Assembly: GCA_965248695.1 (NCBI GenBank)
Contig: CBDFKD010000002.1
Location: 3,264,001 to 3,328,000 of the forward strand
DNA length: 64,000 nucleotides
Reading direction: 5' to 3'
Source of the DNA: Acidobacteriota bacterium
GTDB lineage: Bacteria > Acidobacteriota > UBA890 > WLXD01
Position 1 is the first letter of the stretch. Each line of letters begins with the position of its first letter. The position numbers were made by a program, and so were the translations under genes. A model generated the notes under the pieces. That model did not search any database. It had not been told where the DNA came from and saw nothing but the letters and a program-made list of their open reading frames with translations. Shown here in pieces: positions 59,530 to 64,000 of this stretch.

Positions 59530-60513
59530 GTGCCGAGTTCGTGCACCCATTCTATCCCTGTGGCACCCGGAGAGTCGATCCAGGCAGCCATCGACGCGGC
59601 GACTGACGGCGACGTCATCGAGCTGGGCCCCGGCGAATACGTCGAGCGCATCAACTTCAGGGGCAAGGCTGTCCGAGTCACCGGGAGCGGCGAGGCCACG
59701 GTCATCCGCGGCACGGGGGCCGGCCCGGTGGTGCGTTTTTCCAGCCGCGAGGGGTCAGACAGCGTGCTGGATTCGGTGGTGGTCACCGGCGGTGTGGCTC
59801 GGCGTGGCGGCGGCATCTATATCCACAACGCCAGCCCGACAATCGTGAGAACGATCGTCAGTGCGAACCGTGCCACTCAGCAGGGAAGTGGAATCTACGT
59901 CGGTGGCGGTGGCGCGCCGCTGATCTACAACAACCTCGTCATCTACAACACCAAAGACAGCAGCGGTGATCCGCACGCCATCGAGATCGTCGCGGCTTCG
60001 CCGTGGGTGATCAACAACACCATTGCTCGCAGCGACAGCAACGGCCTGATCTCTCGCGGCGGTGCACCAGTCATTCGCAACAACCTACTGGTGTGGAACG
60101 GCACGCCAGCCGGAGGCGGCCGACGCGGCCGCGGCATTTGCGACTTCAGCAACGACCAGGCGTCAATCCACTACAACGGATTCCACCGCAACACGATCGC
60201 CGCAATCCTGCGCGGCGGGCGGGACTGGAAAAAGATCCGCCCGCTGCAGAGTCAGCGTCCCGATCCGCTGGTGGGGCGCAACATCGACGGCAACCCGCGC
60301 TTCGCGGCCCGACCGCCGGTCGATGCCGATGCTGCGAGCTTCTCGGATTTCGATCTGGCAGGAGCCGGCAAAGCAATGGACCGCGGCGATCCGGCTGTGG
60401 CGTGCAACGACCTGGATGGCACACGCAACGACCTCGACTTCTCCGGCGGGCTGTTCGCCAGCGGAACCGACGCGCTTCCGACACTGGGCGCCTGCGGAAC
60501 GATACCTGCCTAG
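59530..60513 (+). CDS. Right-handed parallel beta-helix (pectin lyase-like) protein
   Basis: SIQAAIDAA..GDVI.L.PG.Y.ERINFRGK, GGGIY, NNTI, NNL, DLDGTRND; start uncertain, no clear signal peptide. Confidence 0.8.
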   Translation: MPSSCTHSIPVAPGESIQAAIDAATDGDVIELGPGEYVERINFRGKAVRVTGSGEATVIRGTGAGPVVRFSSREGSDSVLDSVVVTGGVARRGGGIYIHNASPTIVRTIVSANRATQQGSGIYVGGGGAPLIYNNLVIYNTKDSSGDPHAIEIVAASPWVINNTIARSDSNGLISRGGAPVIRNNLLVWNGTPAGGGRRGRGICDFSNDQASIHYNGFHRNTIAAILRGGRDWKKIRPLQSQRPDPLVGRNIDGNPRFAARPPVDADAASFSDFDLAGAGKAMDRGDPAVACNDLDGTRNDLDFSGGLFASGTDALPTLGACGTIPA

Positions 60514-60720
60514 GCCGCAGCCCCTGAAGAACCGACCGTTCCGGGGTACAGAAGATCATCGCCGGAGCCGATGAATCAGCCGTCGCTCGCGGTGCCCCCA
60601 ACATAACGTTCCACGAGACGTCGAATGGGCGCGCCCCGAGGGCAATTCGCACGCCCATTTCCTGCGTTCCTGCGCGAAACGGAGTAGGAGATCACGTGTA
60701 AAGAGAAGCAAGCCTACGAT

Positions 60721-60770
60721 TAGACTCTTTGAAAGTAGACTTCTTGAACGTAGACCTCTAAGAAGTCTAG
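60721..60770. promoter_or_regulatory. Putative PadR operator array: three 15-bp TAGAC-led direct repeats with an embedded 10-bp inverted repeat
   Basis: TAGACTCTTTGAAAG / TAGACTTCTTGAACG / TAGACCTCTAAGAAG; TAGACTTCTT (60736-60745) is the reverse complement of AAGAAGTCTA (60760-60769). Confidence 0.7.
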
Positions 60771-60855
60771 TGTGGGTAGCCTTGACGAAAACAAACGCAC
60801 AGCTTTACGCACGGTCCGGCTGGAACATTTCCTGGTCGCACCCCGAGGGATATCC

Positions 60856-61218
60856 GTGAGCGACGAGATCCGGACACATCTGCCGCTGACCGATCTGGCG
60901 CTCAACATCATGTTGACACTGTCGGACGGCGAGCAGCACGGCTACGCCATGATCAAGGCAATCGAGCTCCGAGGACGCCGGCCACTGCGGTCCGGCACCC
61001 TGTACGCGGGCCTCCAACGACTCCTCGTGGCCGGGCTGGTAAAGGAATCGCAGCCGCCCAGCGAGGCCGGCGATGATCGCCGCCGCCGCTACTACGCGAT
61101 GACGGAGCGGGGCGAGCAGGTGCTACGCGCAGAGATGACCCGACTCGGGGAGCTACTGGACTTGGCCCGCGACCGCGATCTGATCGACGAGGCCCCGTTT
61201 CCCCAGCGTCGGCAGTAG
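60856..61218 (+). CDS. PadR family transcriptional regulator
   Basis: HLPLT..ALNIMLTL, HGYAMIK, GTLYAGLQRL, RRRYYAMTERG. Confidence 0.93.
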   Translation: MSDEIRTHLPLTDLALNIMLTLSDGEQHGYAMIKAIELRGRRPLRSGTLYAGLQRLLVAGLVKESQPPSEAGDDRRRRYYAMTERGEQVLRAEMTRLGELLDLARDRDLIDEAPFPQRRQ

Positions 61219-61222
61219 ATCG

Positions 61223-63908
61223 GTGCGGCGACAACCACCCTCGCTTGCCGAGCGGCTGGCGGTGCGGATCTTCCAAGCCTGCCTGATGGCGTTGCCGGCG
61301 GCGAAGCGCCATCGCGACGGCGAGTTCCTGGAGCAATTGTTCCGCGATCGGATCGCCGACGTGGTCACCTCCAGGGCGCGGCTCGCAACCCTCTTGGGGG
61401 AGTGCATCGCCATCCTCGGCGCCGCCTGCCGCATCCGCTTGGACCTCCGTTCGCAACCACGCCAGGAGGCGCATTTCCCTGCCGCTGAGCCGGAGAGCCT
61501 CATGGGCAACCTGTTCGCTGACCTTCGCTATGCGCTCCGGGCACTTCGCATGCGCCCGGGCTTCGTCCTCCTGTCGACCGTCACATTGGCGCTCGGTATC
61601 GGCGCCAACACAGCCATCTTCAGCGTCGTGTACGGCGTACTGCTTCGACCGCTCGCCCTTGCCGACCCCGAACGGGTCGTCTTCCTGGTGCAAACGAGCC
61701 CGGAACAGCCGGGAGCTCCGGGGACGACATCGCCGGAGAACCTGGAGTACTGGCGCGAGCACGCCGAATCGTTCCAGGGCATCACCGCGTGGTACTTCGA
61801 TTCGCTGACGCTAGAGGAACCGGACGCCGAGGCGCACGAGCTCGGCTACGCGCTGAAGGTCGGCGTGAACTTCTTCGACGTGCTGGGCGTACGCCCGGCG
61901 CTCGGTCGCGGATTCAACCGGCAGGACGAGGTGCGCGGTGCCCCGGCCCGCACGGCAGTGGTTTCGCACCGGCTGTGGCGCGACCGTTGGGGAAGTGATC
62001 CACAGGTCATCGGCCGCTCCGTCGGACTCGACGGAGCACCACACGAGATCGTCGGCGTGATGCCGCCGCAAGTGCCTATCCCCGGCTACGACATCGACGT
62101 CTGGGTCCCGGTGTGGTTCGACGTCGAGGACGTCGCCATGACGCGTCGCCTCAACACCGTCGGACGCCTGCGCGACGGCACCACAATCGAGCTGGCGCAA
62201 CGGGAGATGTCGACGCTATCGGAGGCCATCGGCGAGGCGATGCCAGCGTACGTCGGATGGGACGTGGCCGTCATGCCGGCGCACGATCGCATCGTTGGCG
62301 CCATCGGGCCGGCGCTCTTGATTACCTTCGGGGCGGTAGCCTTCGTCCTCCTGATCGCCTGTGCCAATCTCGCCAACCTGTTGCTGGCCCGCGCCACCGT
62401 CCGTAGGCGGGAATATGCGATCCGAGCCGCAGTCGGAGCTTCGCGCAGCCGCATCGCCCGGCAGGCCATGCTGGAGAGTCTGGCGATTGCGTTACTCGGT
62501 GGCGCCGTCGGGGTCGGGGTGGCGCGGATCGGCCACTCCTTGCTCCTCGCCGCCGCTCCGGCCGTACTCCCTCGCGTCGCCGATATCCGGCTCGACCTGC
62601 CCGTGCTCGGGTTCGGCTTCGCCGTGGCGCTGGCGACCGGGATCCTCTTCGGCGTCCTGCCGGCCTGGCAGTCGGCATCGATCGATCCCAGCCGCGCGCT
62701 GCGGGGAGCCGGTGCGACGGCCACTGCCGGCGGACACGCGCGGGCCGTGCTCGTCGTGTCGCAGGTGGCGATCACCATGACTCTGATCACCGGCGCCGGG
62801 ATGCTCCTGCTCAGCCTGGTCAGGCTGGAGAGTGTCGATCCGGGATATGACGCCGGGCAGGCGCTGGCAGCACGGATCTTTCTTGAACCCAGGTAGATAC
62901 GCTGATGAGGACGTGCAGCGTCGCTACTTCGACGACTTGCTCGGCGAGCTCCGAACGATGCCGGGCGTCGAGGCAGTGGGCGGCGCCACCGGTCTACCGA
63001 TGGACCCCGTCGGCATCGACTTCGACTCGCCGTTCATGCCGGAGAGCTTCGAGGGCGAACGCGCGGATCTGCCGCGCGCCGACTATCGATTTGCTACACC
63101 CGGCTACACCGAAGCGCTGGGAATCCCGCTGCTTGCCGGCCGCACCCTGAGGGCCGCAGATGGCGTCGAGGATCGACCGGTCGCGGTCGTTAACGAGACC
63201 CTGGCGCGCAACATCTGGCCCGGTGAGAGCCCACTGGGCAAACGCGTAACGATCTTCTTCAGAGGAGCCATCGATCACGAGATTGTCGGCGTGGTGGGAG
63301 ATGTCCGTTTCCGCGGCCTCAGATCCGAACCGCGCCCAGAGCTCTACGTCCCGTTTCGCGAGCTTCCCTGGGGCACGTTGACCGTCGTGGTGCGCACGCC
63401 CGACCCGGCCGCGGCGGCGGCGAGGGTGCGCGCGACCGTTCTGGCCCGCGACCCGCGGCAGCCACCGCACAGCGTGCTCCCGGTGGCCGATCTGGTGACC
63501 GCCTCACTGGCGGGCAACCGTTTCTACGCAACATTGCTGACGGCGTTCGCCGCCGTAGCAATGGCGATCTCCGGAGCCGGTATCTACGGAGTCATCTCCT
63601 ACTGGGTGAGCCGCAGCACGCACGAGATCGGCGTGCGGGTGGCGTTGGGCGCGGCGCGATCGGGGGTGATCGGCCTCGTAACCCTCCGCGGCGCACGACT
63701 GACGCTCATCGGAACGGCAATCGGCACCGTGGGATCGTTGCTCGCCGGCAGGCTGCTCGAAGGGCTGCTTTTCGGTGTCTCGACGACTCACGCCGGGGTG
63801 CTGACGGCGGCGGCGGGTGGGCTCGCGCTGGTGGCAATGGCGGCCTGTTACGTGCCGGCGCGGCGGGCTGCGCGCGTCAGCCCGGTGGTGGCGCTGCGCC
63901 AGGGTTGA
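61223..63908 (+). pseudogene. ADOP-type duplicated ABC permease interrupted by a +1 frameshift near 62891
   Basis: First ORF (DLRYALR, LALGIGANTAIFS, LLIACANLANLLLAR) stops at TAG 62894-62896; the protein continues in the +1 frame (GRYADEDVQ...GIYGVISY...EIGVRVALGA...VPARRAARV.P..ALR). Confidence 0.85.
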
Positions 63909-64000
63909 GCAACCACTAGTGGCCTGCAGCGACCGGCTATTAGGGCTGGTTCCGTTCCTTACGGCGCACTACCGACAGCGCTGTATCGCCAGCGCCCTTC

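Noticed and set aside
60624-60660. Hairpin AATGGGCG...CGCCCATT downstream of the beta-helix gene
   Set aside because: Single copy with a short U-tract; cannot distinguish a weak terminator from chance.

Overview
High-GC, gene-dense bacterial chromosomal window with no rRNA, tRNA, CRISPR array, integrase or transposase visible. Several markers suggest Acidobacteriota, possibly marine or invertebrate-associated (inference): a PadR plus duplicated ADOP-type permease, a Thermoanaerobaculia-type 'CL..RF.V.V.W...LD.C..NG' domain, and VPS10/PQQ propeller proteins. The main element is a divergently transcribed betaine-catabolic island (7.2-17.6 kb). It joins a BCCT transporter and an N-methylpyridinium ring-cleavage module (TgnB/C/D-like monooxygenase, aldehyde dehydrogenase and hydrolase, plus RidA) to a carnitine/butyrobetaine module (carnitine dehydrogenase, CaiD-like hydratase, ADP-forming CoA ligase, BKACE). 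Other notable items: a BlaI/M56 pair whose operator palindrome recurs in front of two tiny membrane proteins; a stand-alone GriC/GriD (EhpF/G)-like carboxylate-reductase pair; a VapBC TA module with a perfect operator; convergent bactofilin and orphan ParA genes; a propeller/di-heme cytochrome; a sulfite oxidase plus cytochrome c pair; an atypical membrane-anchored kinase-fold protein; a kinase-M23-aminotransferase fusion; an efflux operon with three adaptors and no ATPase; a 4x22-bp intergenic repeat; and an ADOP permease split by a +1 frameshift at CCC-AGG-TAG. All assignments come from motif recognition by eye; no searches were run.
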